Assembly (NCBI GenBank): GCA_963821935.1
Contig: CAWGFM010000005.1
Span: 254,551 to 318,550 of the forward strand
Length of the DNA: 64,000 nt
Direction of reading: 5' to 3'
Origin: an uncultured Actinomycetes bacterium
GTDB taxonomy: Bacteria; Actinomycetota; UBA4738; HRBIN12
Part shown: positions 63,800-64,000 of the stretch, piece after piece
Position numbering within the stretch: the stretch's first letter is position 1
Layout: every line of letters starts with the position of its first letter
Position numbers and translations under genes: made by a program
Notes under the pieces: generated by a model
The model's input: the letters and a program-made list of their open reading frames with translations, nothing else
What the model was told of the DNA's origin: nothing
Databases searched by the model: none

Positions 63800-64000
63800 C
63801 TACTTGGCCCGCTCGATGACTTCGACAACCCGCCACCGCTTCGACTTGGACAGGGGTCGTGTCTCCATGAGCCGGACGGTATCGCCCACGTGTGCGTCGT
63901 TCGCCTCGTCGTGCGCCGCGAGCTTGGACGATCGCCGCACGGTCTTCTCGTAGAGCGGATGCTTGACCTGGCGGTCGATGCGGACCATGACGGTCTTGTC
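63800..64000 (-). CDS. rpsQ: 30S ribosomal protein S17 (5' end beyond window)
   Basis: Has ...[55 protein letters not shown]. The true N-terminus (~25 aa) lies past nt 64000. Confidence 0.9.
   Translation of the reverse strand, partial: DKTVMVRIDRQVKHPLYEKTVRRSSKLAAHDEANDAHVGDTVRLMETRPLSKSKRWRVVEVIERAK

Overview
This 64-kb window comes from a high-GC (~70%) actinobacterial chromosome and has two contrasting halves. From ~31 kb to 64 kb there is an almost uninterrupted minus-strand array of housekeeping genes. It contains the spc/alpha ribosomal-protein cluster (rpsQ partial, rplN, rplX, rplE, rpsN type Z, rpsH, rplF, rplR, rpsE, rpmD, rplO, secY, adk, map, infA, rpmJ, rpsM, rpsK, rpoA, rplQ, truA, rplM, rpsI). 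rtcB is inserted next, followed by glmM, glmS, and a translationally coupled block acpS-nnr-alr-hydrolase-udg-tsaE-tsaB-rimI-tsaD-galE-like. After that come a GGDEF cyclase, CIRCE-controlled groES-groEL, a Leu/Val-type dehydrogenase, an AP-family phosphodiesterase, and cysC. Every gene in this half reads as an intact ORF. From 0 to ~31 kb the content is accessory: a STAND NTPase-WD40 protein, a DMFase-like protein, DUF2252, pcrA, sortase E, NAT, guaA, guaB3-like, a ChoD-like GMC oxidoreductase, an aquaporin, a K+ channel-like protein, membrane proteins, SDR, NDH-2, aldose epimerase, GH15, a cydAB remnant, a ClC channel, a DUF1269/SHOCT triad, and a LAL regulator. In this half at least a dozen genes are broken by frameshifts at short repeats or homopolymers, or are truncated remnants. 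No rRNA, tRNA, CRISPR or IS element was recognised. The most notable observations are the pseudogene-dense accessory half beside a pristine core, unusual ribosomal-protein features (an L13 with a 125-aa Lys/Ala/Thr-repeat tail, an L24 with an acquired C4 zinc ribbon, and no rpsD between rpsK and rpoA), and rtcB embedded between rpsI and glmM.
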